This document shows positions 8,417 to 19,757 of a DNA stretch of 64,000 nucleotides, in pieces (position 1 is the first letter of the stretch; the number at the start of each line of letters is the position of its first letter). Position numbers and translations under genes: made by a program. The DNA is taken from assembly GCA_018266765.1 (NCBI GenBank), contig JAFDZU010000045.1, forward strand, positions 6,134 through 70,133, given 5' to 3'. The notes below the pieces were generated by a model, which saw only the letters and a list, made by a program, of their open reading frames with translations, made no database searches and had not been told where the DNA came from. Origin of the DNA: Bacteroidota bacterium. Lineage in GTDB: Bacteria > Bacteroidota > Ignavibacteria > Kapaibacteriales > UBA961.

Positions 8417-10792
8417 TCAGCGGGTAATTATAGCTTTTTGAACATACACACCATCTGTTGTAAGCATGCGGATAAAATACACTCCCGATTCAAGAGTTGA
8501 ACAATCCCAAGTAAGAAGATATTCTCCTGCTATAGTATTTTTTAATGATGAAAGGTTAGCAATGATTGCACCATTCGGTCGAATTACATCTACTTCCAGT
8601 ATTCCTTGAGTTGTGATTCCAAGCCGTATAGTCGCTGATTGGTCAATTGGATTTGGGTTCGGAGCAGCCAACCATGAGTGTTCGGGAATATTACTTGTTA
8701 ATTTTTCAACAGCAGATGATGTAGAGCCTTTTCCTTCTTCCAATAGAACAACCGAATTTTTCCCTACATTTATAAATGTTTCCTGAGTTATTTTTGAAGA
8801 CCAACGAACTTGAACAGAATCAATTTTTGATGCTTCTTCGATACCAAAATGGAGCGTGGTAGGTTTTTGCATACGTTGCCCGCGTCCGGCTGTAACTTCT
8901 TGCATGTACTTTTTTCCACCTGCAAATACTGTTACGCGAGAACCAATCCCGTTACGGTTACCGCTACTACTTAGTAAAGAAATAGTCACCGAATTATTTT
9001 GTGTAGGCATTTGATTCCGAAATAGACGGAAAAGACCATTATTTGCGAATGCTAAATCAAGACGTCCATCGTTGTCGAAATCTGCAAAGGAAGCGTCTTC
9101 TCCAGAGGTAATACCTTCGAGTCCCCAATCAAAAGTAGCATTGGAGAATGTATGGTTTTGATTCTGAACGTAAAAATCTGCATATCGGCATCCATAATAC
9201 ACAGGGAGGATGATATCAGGTAAGCCATCATTATTTACATCTCCAAAATTACCTCCTGAGTGTGTTTCTTCGTATCCAATTCCTGACCCGTCAGAATATG
9301 TATTTTTATTCCATGATGTTTGAAATGTATAATTTGGTGCACCTGCATTTTTATAGATTGTAGTTCCTTCAAATCCATTTGCCGCAAGAGCAGGGTGCAT
9401 GAATTGTGTGAGGAGTAAATCCATATCTCCATCGTTATCATAATCAGCCCAATCACATCCTGTTCCATGATTATAATATACAGGGCTTGTTGTTACTATT
9501 TGCTCTATACCTTTAGCATCTATAACGTTTGTAAATTTACCGTTTCCATCATTTTGCCACAATTCGTCATGCTCAAGTAAGTAATTAGTGATAAACAAAT
9601 CTAAATCACCGTCATTATCGAAATCTACCCATTCCGATCCTCGACTTCTGCGTGATTGTCTGTTTTGCAAAGCAGTGGTATTGTCTGTAAAATCATTAAA
9701 TCCATTATTAAGTAGAAAGAAACTTGGGAGCAAATCAGGACCGGTTGCCGGGTATTCTGACCAGAGTTGACCTATAAAAATATCTGGCAATTTATCCTTA
9801 TTAATATCTGCAATGCTGAATGATGAAATCCCTTTCAATAAAGGTATTGAAAGGCTTTTTGCAGTAAATATACCAGAACCATTATTTATTTAAAGGATAC
9901 TTGGGGGCGGATTATCCTTTTGTGAGAAAAGAAAAAGTATATCCATATCTCCGTCATTGTCAAAATCTGCAAAAGCATTGCTTTGAGGCGTTCCTGAAAT
10001 GCCAACAGACGATGTAACTTCTTTGAAAGAAGAGCCACGTTCATTATGAAACAAGTGTCCGGAAACTAGTAAGTCCTGAAAACCATCAGAATCATAATCA
10101 CCCCAAGCAATGGTGTAGTTAGAAATATTGGTCGGAAATCCTAAAGATGCGGTAACATCTTTAAAATACTCAGGAGAGGTGAGGGATGGGTAATCAACAA
10201 TAACATCAATAAGAAAACCACTTGAACCAACAGCGAGCTGATTTTGAGCATTGACTAATATTTGATAATAATAATCTCCTCCTGCTGCACCTGCAGTACA
10301 AGCAACCGGAAGAGTAGTGTTATCACTTAATAGATACATCCCTGCTGTCATACCTGAAACCATAACCCAAATTTGATTTTGTGAAGTTTTGGTGTTATCC
10401 GGCATATTCAAACTGAAAGTTTGAGGTCCGTTTTGAGTTTTTGTAATTGTTGCAGAGCCGATAACATCTCTTCCGTATAATCCAAGAGTGGGAATATGCT
10501 CACCAGCTTGATGACCAAGAACAGAAATTGTAACAGCACCAGTACCACCCGTAAGAGTAACAGAAAGAGACTTTATGACGGCAGGTGCTTTAATAGGAAA
10601 GCGGGCAGCTTGAACTACGATTTGGGAACCGTCATTAAATTTATCATAGTATACAAACTTGGTTTTCTTTTTATCCCAGTAGCGAAGAGTATCGACTGTG
10701 GCTTTTACTGGAATAACTGCAATAAACGGAAGAAAAAGTATTGCAATTATGAAAGTTTGAATTAAATAAGCAGAAATAGTTATTTTTTTCAT
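8417..10792 (-). pseudogene. FG-GAP/VCBS-repeat secreted protein with T9SS C-terminal domain, interrupted by an in-frame TAA (rc of 9890-9892)
   Basis: Track ORFs 9890-10792 and 8417-9838 are in the same frame. The 51 nt between them carry no further stop (..NPPPSIL*INNGSGIFTAKSLSIPLLKGISSFS..). N-terminal signal peptide. At least 6 FxDxDxDGxxDL calcium-binding FG-GAP-type repeats (FADFDNDGDMDIL, VDFDNDGDLDLF, ADYDNDGDMDLL, FADFDNDGRLDLA). C-terminal ESGVYFIRMLTTDGVYVQKAIITR is a T9SS CTD. Confidence 0.7.
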
Positions 10793-10864
10793 ATGATTAG
10801 GTAATAATGAAGATTGTCGGAAACTGTTATTATGTTATTCATTAGTAAAAACATTAGAGATGAC

Positions 10865-10906
10865 AAGGATAATCATGAAACTGCTAAGGATAATCATGAA
10901 ACTGCT
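10865..10906. repeat. Perfect tandem duplication of a 21-bp unit (AAGGATAATCATGAAACTGCT x2) in the promoter region of the FG-GAP gene
   Basis: Read directly from the sequence. Lies 73-114 bp upstream of the minus-strand start at 10792. Confidence 0.8.
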
Positions 10907-11119
10907 AAAATATAAATAATACAACAATAATTTATCTGAATAATGATTCATTGGATAAAATCTCTGTGTCGATCCTGTCAAGTCAATTATAGTTGTAATC
11001 TAAACTTTCCTTATCATAATTATATATGGCATAGACATAAGTGTCGGTTTAAAAAAACTTATTTGACAGTAATATCTTAATTAGGAATCCAGTTTACAAC
11101 GACTTACTTCTTAGTTATC

Positions 11120-14005
11120 CTACCCCCCCAATTCTTTTTTCAAATACAAACCGGTATAACTTTCCTTTACTTTGCAAACATCCTCGGGAGTTCCTTCGGC
11201 TACGATGCGCCCACCGCCACCTCCGCCTTCTGGACCCAAATCAACAACCCAATCTGCACATTTTATGACATCTAAATTATGCTCAATAACTACGACCGTA
11301 TTCCCTTTATCAACCAATTTACCCAAGAGCGCGAGCAAAAGTCGAATATCCTCGAAGTGCAGTCCCGTTGTCGGTTCGTCGAGCAAATAAAGTGTTTTTC
11401 CCGTGGAAACTTTGGCAAGTTCGGTAGCAAGTTTCACACGCTGTGCCTCACCGCCGGAAAGGGTAGGGGCTTGTTGTCCGATTTTGATATACCCCAAACC
11501 AACATCATTAAGAGTCTGCATTATTCGACGAATTTTCGGGATTTCACTAAAAAATTCGAGAGCTTCTTCGATACTCATATCGAGAACATCAGCAATATTT
11601 TTTTCTTTATAAAATACTTGGCATGTTTCGGAGTTATAGCGTTTGCCGCCGCAGGTTTCGCACGAAACATAGACATCAGGCAAGTAATTCATTTCTATTT
11701 TCTTAATTCCCGCGCCTTCGCAATCGTCGCACCGTCCACCTTTGACATTAAACGAAAACCGCCCTTGAAGATAACCGCGCATTTTAGATTCGGGCAATTG
11801 CGAGAAAAAATCTCGAATTTGCGTGAAAACACCGGTATACGTTGCAGGATTACTACGCGGAGTGCGCCCGATAGGAGTTTGGTCTATTTCAATAACTTTA
11901 TCAATGTGTTCCAATCCTTCAATCTTAGAATACGGCAAGGGAGATGAAATAGCATTATGAAAATACTTAGAAAGAATCGGATAAAGCGTTTCATTGACAA
12001 GAGAAGATTTGCCGCTACCGCTCATTCCGGTAATACAGGTAAACGTAGCAAGTGGTAATTTTAGAGCAACTTCCTGAAGATTATTCCCACGTGCTCCGCT
12101 TAAAGAAATAAATTTACCATTGCCGGCTCTTCGCACATTTGGCACTTCAATTTGGCGTGTTCCTGTGATATATTGTGCTGTGTTGGATCGTTCAATCAGT
12201 GATTTTTTAGCGTTGTAAAGACCCGAAGGCGCACCCTCGAACATAATTTCTCCGCCATGAATACCTGCTTTCGGGCCAATATCCACAAGATAATCAGCTT
12301 GTTCAATCATTTCACGGTCATGTTCTACCACGATAACAGTATTACCCAAATCACGAAGATTTTTGAGCGAAGTAATCAGCTTTTGATTGTCGTGCTGATG
12401 CAATCCAATACTTGGTTCGTCGAGTACATACATCACTCCTACGAGCTGACTTCCGATTTGAGAAGCAAGTCGAATCCGCTGAGATTCTCCGCCCGAAAGT
12501 GATTTAGCCGAACGATTTAGATTAAGATAATGCAACCCGACATCAAGCAGAAATTTGAGTCGAGTAGAAATTTCTTTGAGAATAAGATGTGCAATGCGAC
12601 GTTCACGGTCGGTCAGTTTTTGTTCGAGTGAATTAAAATATTCGTACCCTTTTGCAATGTCTAATATTGTAGTTTCTGCAATCGAACGCTCATCAATTTT
12701 TACGGCAAGGTTTTCGGGTTTGAGCCGTCCGCCGTTACAATCGGGACATTCCTGAGCCGACATATATTCTTCGATATTACTACGAATTTCTGATGAAGTG
12801 GTTTGCTCGTATTGATGCCGATAAATTTCAAGAATTCCTTCAAATTTAGTTTTATACTCTACTTTCTTTCCGGATGATAAAGTATAAGTCAGCGTAATTT
12901 TTTTGTTTTTAGTGCCAAGTAATAGGACTTTTATTTGCTCCGTATCGAGCTGTGAAATCGGAACTTTTAAGTCAATTTCAACACTTTTGGCAAAAGCGAC
13001 CACTTTATCCCAAATCCACATTTTACGTTTTTTACCAAGAATAGAAATTCCGCCATCCTCTACTGATATATCACGATTTGGAATTACGCGGTCTTCGTCG
13101 AAATCACTTTTTCTGCCAAGACCTGAGCAAGTAGTACATGCTCCAAACGGTGAATTAAACGAGAAATTATTGGGGGCAAGTTGTTCATACGATCTGTCGC
13201 AATTAGCACATGAATTTGCTGTAGAATAGAGTTTGTCTGTCCAGCTGCCGTCGGGTTGTTCAGTGAGAATTACAACGACATCTTCTCCCATTTTAAGGGC
13301 TGTGTTAATAGATTCAGAGATTCGAGTATCTTGTTCAGGTTCGATAATACAGCGGTCAATAACCAAGTCAATCGAGTGAAGTTTGAACCTCGAAAGCTGC
13401 ATATCTTCTTCTATTTCAAGAATTTCAGTATCTACTCGAACCTTTGTATATCCTTGCTTTCGGAATTGCTCGAAGAGTTCGCGGTAATGTCCTTTCCGTC
13501 CACGTACAATCGGTGCAAGTATTTGGATACGAGTCTTTTGTGGCAAGTTCATTATCGTATCAACAATTTGGTCAGGAGTTTGAGATTGCACCGGAATATT
13601 ACAATCAACGCAATATTGAATACCAATTTTAGCATACAAAAGTCGAAGATAATCATAGACTTCCGTTACCGTTCCAACGGTCGAGCGAGGTGAATTGCTT
13701 ACAGACTTTTGTTCGATTGAAATAGCAGGCGAAAGCCCTTCGATGCTATCCACTTCGGGCTTTTTCATCATCCCGAGGAATTGCCGAGCATACGGTGAAA
13801 GGCATTCCACATAACGGCGTTGCCCTTCGGCATACAGCGTATCAAAAGCAAGTGAGGATTTGCCAGAACCCGAGAGTCCGGTAATGACAACCAATTGGTC
13901 GCGTGGAATTTCGAGTGAAACATTCTTTAAATTGTGCTCACGTGCACCTAATACACTAATGTGAGTACGTTCATCAGCACTATTAACTACGGTTTTTTTA
14001 GCCAT
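11120..14005 (-). CDS. uvrA: Excinuclease ABC subunit A
   Basis: Two ABC ATPase modules: Walker [11 protein letters not shown] and [10 protein letters not shown], signature LSGGESQR and LSGGEAQR. Zinc-finger Cys clusters ([29 protein letters not shown]). Start placed at ATG 14005 (MAKKTVVNS...). The track ORF begins 54 nt further upstream. Confidence 0.97.
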   Translation of the reverse strand: MAKKTVVNSADERTHISVLGAREHNLKNVSLEIPRDQLVVITGLSGSGKSSLAFDTLYAEGQRRYVECLSPYARQFLGMMKKPEVDSIEGLSPAISIEQKSVSNSPRSTVGTVTEVYDYLRLLYAKIGIQYCVDCNIPVQSQTPDQIVDTIMNLPQKTRIQILAPIVRGRKGHYRELFEQFRKQGYTKVRVDTEILEIEEDMQLSRFKLHSIDLVIDRCIIEPEQDTRISESINTALKMGEDVVVILTEQPDGSWTDKLYSTANSCANCDRSYEQLAPNNFSFNSPFGACTTCSGLGRKSDFDEDRVIPNRDISVEDGGISILGKKRKMWIWDKVVAFAKSVEIDLKVPISQLDTEQIKVLLLGTKNKKITLTYTLSSGKKVEYKTKFEGILEIYRHQYEQTTSSEIRSNIEEYMSAQECPDCNGGRLKPENLAVKIDERSIAETTILDIAKGYEYFNSLEQKLTDRERRIAHLILKEISTRLKFLLDVGLHYLNLNRSAKSLSGGESQRIRLASQIGSQLVGVMYVLDEPSIGLHQHDNQKLITSLKNLRDLGNTVIVVEHDREMIEQADYLVDIGPKAGIHGGEIMFEGAPSGLYNAKKSLIERSNTAQYITGTRQIEVPNVRRAGNGKFISLSGARGNNLQEVALKLPLATFTCITGMSGSGKSSLVNETLYPILSKYFHNAISSPLPYSKIEGLEHIDKVIEIDQTPIGRTPRSNPATYTGVFTQIRDFFSQLPESKMRGYLQGRFSFNVKGGRCDDCEGAGIKKIEMNYLPDVYVSCETCGGKRYNSETCQVFYKEKNIADVLDMSIEEALEFFSEIPKIRRIMQTLNDVGLGYIKIGQQAPTLSGGEAQRVKLATELAKVSTGKTLYLLDEPTTGLHFEDIRLLLALLGKLVDKGNTVVVIEHNLDVIKCADWVVDLGPEGGGGGGRIVAEGTPEDVCKVKESYTGLYLKKELGG

Positions 14006-14183
14006 AAACGAAGTATCTATGCAGGAAATTAAGAGGAAATACGGTAAGTAAGTCCGCAAATTACGAAGGTTTTTTGTAATTTAGGGCAATCTGAACTCAA
14101 TCTGTAAGCAATTATACACGGTTATTCTCTAAAATTCAGCACTACGTGATAGTTCCTATTGTTTTATAATTTTTAGTAGTTAG

Positions 14184-15557
14184 ATGCCATTTATCCGCTC
14201 AATATCAGGTGTTCGTGCCACACTCGAAAATTCATTACCACCCGAAATTGTCAAATTATACGCTGAAGCATTCGCTCAATACCTACCGGAAGGTGATATT
14301 ATTATTGGACGTGACGGTCGTCCGTCCGGCAAATGGATTGAGCAAAGTATTGCTGAGGTTTTAAAGGAAAAAGGACGTATCGTACATTTGCTCGGTATCG
14401 TGCCTACTCCTACCGTTCAACTGATAGTAGAACATACTCCAAATGCCGTTGGAGGAATTTCTATCACTGCTTCGCATAATCCTGCTGAATGGAATGGAAT
14501 GAAGTTTATGGGAAGTGATGGAGTGTTTCTCGATGAAGAAGAAAATCAAGCATTCTGGAAAATTGCTGACAGTAATGGTTTTACAAATCTGAATAATCAA
14601 AACGGTGAAATTTTGTATAGAGCTGATGCAATTGAGCAACACATTAAACGACTTCTCGAACTCCCACTTTTTTCCGAAGAAACTCTCACTAAGATTCGCA
14701 GTAAGAAATATAAAATTGTGGTTGATGCGGTCAATGCAAGTGGTTCTATAGCTGTTCCTAAACTTTTGGAACATCTTGGCTGTAATGTAGTTCGTTTATA
14801 CTGTGATAGTTCGGGAGAATTTCCACATACTCCTGAACCACTACCACAGAATTTATCGGCACTTGCTGAAGAAGTACGCATTCGTAATGCAGATATAGGA
14901 ATTGCAGTGGATCCCGATGCAGATAGATTAGTGCTTGTTAATGAACTCGGAGAAACGATAAGCGAAGAAAAGACTATTGTTTTTGCAGCGCAATCGGTAC
15001 TAAAATCAATAAATTATTTATCGAAGTACTCTAATGTAATAGCGATTAACCTCTCAACTTCTCGCATGATAGAAGATATTGCCGAATTGCATAATTGCAA
15101 AGTAAACCGAACTCCTGTCGGCGAAGTGAATGTAGTGCGTAACCTTCAGCTCAATAATGGTATTTTTGGCGGTGAGGGAAGTGGAGGAGTAATTCTTCCG
15201 GCTTGTCATTACGGACGAGATTCACTTGTGGGAATAGCTTTGCTTCTCAAATTAATGGCAACTGAGGGTAAAATACTTTCGGAACTGTCAGACGAACTGC
15301 CAAAGTATGAAATGCTAAAAACAAAGATAAATTTTTCGGGTGATTTTGATGAATTTTCTGCTAAATTGCAGTCGAAATTTGCGGGAAGCTTAATTACTCG
15401 AGGTGATGGTATTCGGTTTGACATTGGCAAATCATGGGTGCATGTGCGTAGGTCGAACACGGAACCAATAGTTCGAATCATTTCGGAGTCGGCAACAATC
15501 TCCGAAGCAAAATCGCTTGTCGAGCAAGTAGAACTGTTATATACAAATAACAGTTAA
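14184..15557 (+). CDS. glmM: Phosphoglucosamine mutase-like alpha-D-phosphohexomutase (Bacteroidetes-type GlmM)
   Basis: N-terminal SISGVRA, phosphoserine loop ITASHNPAEWNGMKF, metal-binding DPDADR, sugar-binding GGEGSGG. 457 aa. Substrate assignment (GlcN-P versus Man/Glc-P) is an inference. Confidence 0.8.
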   Translation: MPFIRSISGVRATLENSLPPEIVKLYAEAFAQYLPEGDIIIGRDGRPSGKWIEQSIAEVLKEKGRIVHLLGIVPTPTVQLIVEHTPNAVGGISITASHNPAEWNGMKFMGSDGVFLDEEENQAFWKIADSNGFTNLNNQNGEILYRADAIEQHIKRLLELPLFSEETLTKIRSKKYKIVVDAVNASGSIAVPKLLEHLGCNVVRLYCDSSGEFPHTPEPLPQNLSALAEEVRIRNADIGIAVDPDADRLVLVNELGETISEEKTIVFAAQSVLKSINYLSKYSNVIAINLSTSRMIEDIAELHNCKVNRTPVGEVNVVRNLQLNNGIFGGEGSGGVILPACHYGRDSLVGIALLLKLMATEGKILSELSDELPKYEMLKTKINFSGDFDEFSAKLQSKFAGSLITRGDGIRFDIGKSWVHVRRSNTEPIVRIISESATISEAKSLVEQVELLYTNNS

Positions 15558-15614
15558 TTGCAAAATAAAGTAATTATTTATACAAAATAGAACTCTAAAT
15601 TCATTCATTTATTA

Positions 15615-17048
15615 TTGAAATATATGCGTATTATAACTTTAATTATCAGCATTTCATTAGCGGCACTATTGCCGTTGAAAGCTCAATTTACCCCACAAAG
15701 TAAAGTGCCACCGCCAATGACAGAACAGTTCGCATCTCAAGTGCGTGGATACCAGCAAATCATTGATACATATCATTCTACAGCTGAAAAAATAATTAGA
15801 ACAGCCAAACAAGATAATTTGTGTTATGACCGACTTGCTGAAATGTGCGACACCTATGGTCATCGTTTGAGTGGAAGCGAAAGTTTAGAAAAGGCACTTG
15901 ATTGGATAATTGAACAACTTAAAAAAGATGGACTTGATGTAACTTCAGAGAAAGTAATGGTTCCGCATTGGGTTCGTGGAACAGAATCTGCCACACTTGT
16001 TTCACCTCGTGTTAAAAAACTTGCTATGCTTGGCTTAGGAGGAAGTATAGGTACTCCGGCCGAAGGAATTACAGCTGAAGTTTTGGTTGTAAAAAGTTTT
16101 GATGACTTGAAAGCTCATGCCTCAGAAGCAAAAGGGAAAATAGTATTGTTCAATGTTCCTTTTACAACGTACGGCGAAACAGTTCAATATCGAGTGAACG
16201 GGTGTAATGAAGCTTCACGTGTAGGGGCGGTTGCATCGCTTGTACGGTCAGTGACTCCTGTGTCGCTAAGTACTCCTCATACAGGAATGCTTCGATATAA
16301 TGATTCACTCACAAAAATCCCACATGCGGCTATAACAGTAGAAGATGCTGAATTACTCCAACGTATGCAGAAGCGGGGAGTTAAAACAATGATTACTCTA
16401 AAAATGGAAGCTAAAACATTGGAAGATTCACCTTCAAGAAATATTATAGCTGAGATTAAAGGAAGTGAAAAACCGGAAGAAATCGTAGTTTTCGGTGGGC
16501 ATATAGATTCGTGGGATGTTGGGCAAGGCGCAATGGACGATGGTGGTGGTGTTTTTGTAGCTTGGAATGCACTTAGAATTATCAAAAAATTAGACTTAAA
16601 ACCTAAACGTACGATGAGATTAGTATTCTGGACAAATGAAGAAAACGGACTAAAAGGCGGAACTCAGTATGCGCTTAATCACAAAAATGAACTTGCAAAT
16701 CACGTGCTTGCAATCGAAAGCGATGCAGGAACATTCAAGCCGCGAGGTTTTGAAGTGAAAGGAAGCGAAAGATCAAAGGTACTTGCAACTGCTATTTCAA
16801 GTTTGCTCAATCCAATTGCTGCAGATTTGATTGTAGATGGAGACGGTGGTGCGGATATTGGGCCAATTCTCGAAACGGGTGTTCCCGGAATGGAACTTAT
16901 CGTAGATGATGCGAAGTATTTTTGGTATCATCACACTGATGCAGATACAATGGATAAACTTAACCCGGATGAATTAAATCTTTGTTCAGCCGCTATGGCT
17001 ATTATGACGTTTGTTGCGGCTGATTTCCCGATTCGTTTTCCAAAATAA
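15615..17048 (+). CDS. M28-family zinc aminopeptidase/carboxypeptidase with PA domain, secreted
   Basis: Signal peptide. HIDSWDVGQGAMDDGGG metal-binding motif, NEENGL, and HHTDADT near the C-terminus are typical of M28. Confidence 0.85.
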   Translation: MKYMRIITLIISISLAALLPLKAQFTPQSKVPPPMTEQFASQVRGYQQIIDTYHSTAEKIIRTAKQDNLCYDRLAEMCDTYGHRLSGSESLEKALDWIIEQLKKDGLDVTSEKVMVPHWVRGTESATLVSPRVKKLAMLGLGGSIGTPAEGITAEVLVVKSFDDLKAHASEAKGKIVLFNVPFTTYGETVQYRVNGCNEASRVGAVASLVRSVTPVSLSTPHTGMLRYNDSLTKIPHAAITVEDAELLQRMQKRGVKTMITLKMEAKTLEDSPSRNIIAEIKGSEKPEEIVVFGGHIDSWDVGQGAMDDGGGVFVAWNALRIIKKLDLKPKRTMRLVFWTNEENGLKGGTQYALNHKNELANHVLAIESDAGTFKPRGFEVKGSERSKVLATAISSLLNPIAADLIVDGDGGADIGPILETGVPGMELIVDDAKYFWYHHTDADTMDKLNPDELNLCSAAMAIMTFVAADFPIRFPK

Positions 17049-17065
17049 CTCAGGGTAAATTTTAT

Positions 17066-17269
17066 ATGATTACTCTCACTAGAATTGACTCAACTCCCAT
17101 TACGATTAATGCTGATGAAATTGAAACAGTAGAATCGTATCATGATACAACGATAACCCTAAGAAGCGGAAGGAGAATTATCGTTCAAGAATCGGCTGAA
17201 ATCATTATCGAAATGGTAATTATTTACAGGCGAAAATGTCAAAATCCATTACCAACAATTAGAGAGTAA
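17066..17269 (+). CDS. flbD: FlbD-family flagellar/swarming protein (67 aa)
   Basis: MITLTRIDSTPITINADEIETVESYHDTTITLRSGRRIIVQESAEII matches the FlbD family consensus (MIxLTRLNG...IExIEExPDTxITLxNGxKxxVxES). Starts 17 nt after the peptidase stop. Confidence 0.75.
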   Translation: MITLTRIDSTPITINADEIETVESYHDTTITLRSGRRIIVQESAEIIIEMVIIYRRKCQNPLPTIRE

Positions 17270-17336
17270 ATCGAATAAATTTCGCAAAATAATATGGTTC
17301 ACAGAATGAATCATCAATAATGATTTCCCTGAAACA

Positions 17337-19253
17337 GTGCTAATTACAGGAAAAATATTTCTCCGTTATTATTTGATATGTTTAAGTATTGCACTATCAT
17401 TCGAGCAAGTTTGCGCTCAATCTCTCCCTCCTTCGGTTCAATTGTCAGACAGTTCGTCAATTCCTCGCTCAATTCGAGTTGGAACTGATAAAATAGGGAA
17501 TATTTTTGCTTTCTCAGGAGATATAGATGCCGCATATTATTTTGAAAACCATCAAGTAGCATTCCAACAGCGATATAGAGGAATTGGTGTTCGTTCGTTT
17601 GGAGTGTCGTTTCGTGATGATGAGCAATGTTCATTGCAATACAGTTATGTACTCAGCCCAAAGATTTCACTTTTATCCAATAGCTTTTTCTTGCTCTCGA
17701 ATGATTCTCGAAATATTGGGCTTGCAAACCTTCAACGACTCAATTCATTACTTGGGGTGAGAACACTCATCGCAAATAAATTCTCAATGGAATTCTTGGG
17801 CGGCATTGAGCAATACAGACAACTCGGGGTTAGTGAAACCGCTCCGGCATTTACCACACTCGGAAAATTAAGTCCGACTTTTTTTGATGAGTATTCACTT
17901 ACCGCAGGATTTAATGGTAATTACACAAGGTTTAATACTGACCGCACTAATGTGGATTTTGCTACTCAAGCTACTATCAGACGAGTAGCCGACGACGGAA
18001 ATAATTTACAAACAACGGTTGGTTATCGGCTATTGAATCGAGATTTTATTTCCCCAATTGGCTCATCTTCTCAGCTTGCTACTGAAAGCAGATTAGAAGA
18101 ACGTTTAAATATCAATGGTGGTCTTGTCTATTCGCTTGCAGAATCATTTCAATCCGAGCTTCAATGGACGATAGATAATGGAATAGTTAATCGTCAGTAT
18201 CGTAGTCCGATTGATAAAATCCCATCAACCGCTGTTATCCGTGAGCTACATGAATTTCAATACGTACTTGTATCGGCACTAACATATCAGAAATCGTCAA
18301 TTTTACAAAAAATTGGGTTGGAATATTCATCGCGAATTGAACAAAATGGAATTACCGCACATTTTATTATTAACCCACAAGACGAAACATCTCTCAGACT
18401 ATCTGAAAATCAACGAGATAATTTAGCTGTTCGTACTCGGCTGTTTAATCAGACTGAATGGTTAGCTGGAATTACTGATACACTTCGATTTAATACCTCA
18501 ATTGGTCTCTTGCGGTATGATACACCTGCAACTCTGAATTATGATGATCGCGATGAACTTTCGTTTTTATCATCGGCAATATATTCTCGAAAGGTTTCTT
18601 CGGTGCTTTCAGCATCAATCACAGCACAAGCACAACTACTACATTTGGTCTATATCAAATCCCAACGAAGCGCACTCAATAATTGGAATAGAGTTATACG
18701 TTTAGCACCCGCACTCGCAATCAATTCACGATATATTACCATGCATCCTCAGTTTGAAGTCTTAGCTAATTATACAACCTATGATTTTGAATTGCTTGGC
18801 GGGAGTATCCAGAGCTTTAGTTTTAGGCAGGTGAGTGTTCGAGATTCAATTTGGATAGGATTAGGAAGAAATTACAGACTTTATGTATCGCTTTTTGCTC
18901 GATATTTTGAACGGGGACAGTTTTCGTGGGCTACTTTTTCTGAAACTCCTGTGAGTAAAAACTTCGAGCAATTCCTAAAAATGCTTATTTTTACACCTTT
19001 AGATGATGGATTGTCGCTTGGCTGTGGTGGTAGATATTATGCTCTTCGTCAAACGACAGTTAATCAGCCATCGTCTTCAGTGACCGGGGCTGAAGGTATT
19101 CAGCAGTTTTTCGGCCCTGAAATTGTACTTTCTTTTCAGTTTATTTCGGGTACTAAAATTTCAATGAACGGTTGGTATGATTTTCAATTTTCCAACAGAA
19201 AATTATTTCGTTCTACTCCAACGATGTTTATGCAGGCGACCTTTGCATTGTAA
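17337..19253 (+). CDS. Hypothetical outer-membrane (beta-barrel-like) protein
   Basis: GTG start with signal peptide ...LSIALSFEQVCAQ. 638 aa rich in alternating hydrophobic/polar stretches and Y/F/N/S/T. No known domain recognised. Start uncertain. Confidence 0.4.
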   Translation: MLITGKIFLRYYLICLSIALSFEQVCAQSLPPSVQLSDSSSIPRSIRVGTDKIGNIFAFSGDIDAAYYFENHQVAFQQRYRGIGVRSFGVSFRDDEQCSLQYSYVLSPKISLLSNSFFLLSNDSRNIGLANLQRLNSLLGVRTLIANKFSMEFLGGIEQYRQLGVSETAPAFTTLGKLSPTFFDEYSLTAGFNGNYTRFNTDRTNVDFATQATIRRVADDGNNLQTTVGYRLLNRDFISPIGSSSQLATESRLEERLNINGGLVYSLAESFQSELQWTIDNGIVNRQYRSPIDKIPSTAVIRELHEFQYVLVSALTYQKSSILQKIGLEYSSRIEQNGITAHFIINPQDETSLRLSENQRDNLAVRTRLFNQTEWLAGITDTLRFNTSIGLLRYDTPATLNYDDRDELSFLSSAIYSRKVSSVLSASITAQAQLLHLVYIKSQRSALNNWNRVIRLAPALAINSRYITMHPQFEVLANYTTYDFELLGGSIQSFSFRQVSVRDSIWIGLGRNYRLYVSLFARYFERGQFSWATFSETPVSKNFEQFLKMLIFTPLDDGLSLGCGGRYYALRQTTVNQPSSSVTGAEGIQQFFGPEIVLSFQFISGTKISMNGWYDFQFSNRKLFRSTPTMFMQATFAL

Positions 19254-19304
19254 GTTCAGATACCTCAATAATTATTCAAACTTGTTTCATTTGTTGTATT
19301 TACA

Positions 19305-19739
19305 ATGGCAACTACATCTTTTCCCAATATTTCATCAGGGCAGTCGCCTCATTTTCTTATTCTGTCTTCTGAGCGGAAAAATATAGGTTTGGTAGAGCCA
19401 TTTCTTAGTTCTTTAGCGGAATGTCAATTTTTAGATGAAACTCGTTGGTATAATATTTTAATTGCCGTTACTGAAGCTGTTAATAATGCAATAATTCATG
19501 GTAATAAACAAAACCCTGAAAAACAAGTAACCCTTTCGGTGGCTAAAAATGGTGAAGATATTATGATTTCGGTGCTCGACGAAGGCGCGGGATTTAATAT
19601 CGAATCTTTGCGAGACCCACGCGAACCCGAAAACCTGCTTCGAGACGGAGGCCGTGGTGTGTTTCTGATTCATTCTCTTGCCAAGTCGTATGAATATATA
19701 CAAACACCGACAGGGTCGTTGGTAGTGATGCGATTTTAA
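19305..19739 (+). CDS. Anti-sigma regulatory factor, serine protein kinase (RsbW/SpoIIAB-like, HATPase_c)
   Basis: AVTEAVNNAIIHGN (N-box), VLDEGAGF (G1), GGRGVFLIHSLA (G2). 144 aa. No adjacent STAS or PP2C partner. Confidence 0.8.
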   Translation: MATTSFPNISSGQSPHFLILSSERKNIGLVEPFLSSLAECQFLDETRWYNILIAVTEAVNNAIIHGNKQNPEKQVTLSVAKNGEDIMISVLDEGAGFNIESLRDPREPENLLRDGGRGVFLIHSLAKSYEYIQTPTGSLVVMRF

Positions 19740-19757
19740 GTATATAGAGAAGAAAAC

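Noticed and set aside
9890-9892. Stop-codon recoding (Sec/Pyl or a reassigned codon) at the in-frame stop of the FG-GAP gene
   Set aside because: The codon is TAA, not TGA or TAG. TAA terminates other clearly complete genes here (for example gmd at 2926-2928). A single occurrence fits a nonsense mutation or sequencing error better.
11123-11129. C7 homopolymer (G7 on the coding strand) at the extreme 3' end of uvrA as a phase-variation tract
   Set aside because: It encodes the terminal Gly-Gly just before the stop. Slippage would only alter a short C-terminal tail of a housekeeping gene. No contingency-locus context.
11172-13693. Several plus-strand ORFs of 60-222 aa (11172, 11279, 11403, 12257, 12555, 12903, 13256, 13444) lying inside uvrA
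   Set aside because: They lie antisense within a highly conserved uvrA reading frame. Their proteins are low-complexity with no recognisable motifs. Typical shadow ORFs.
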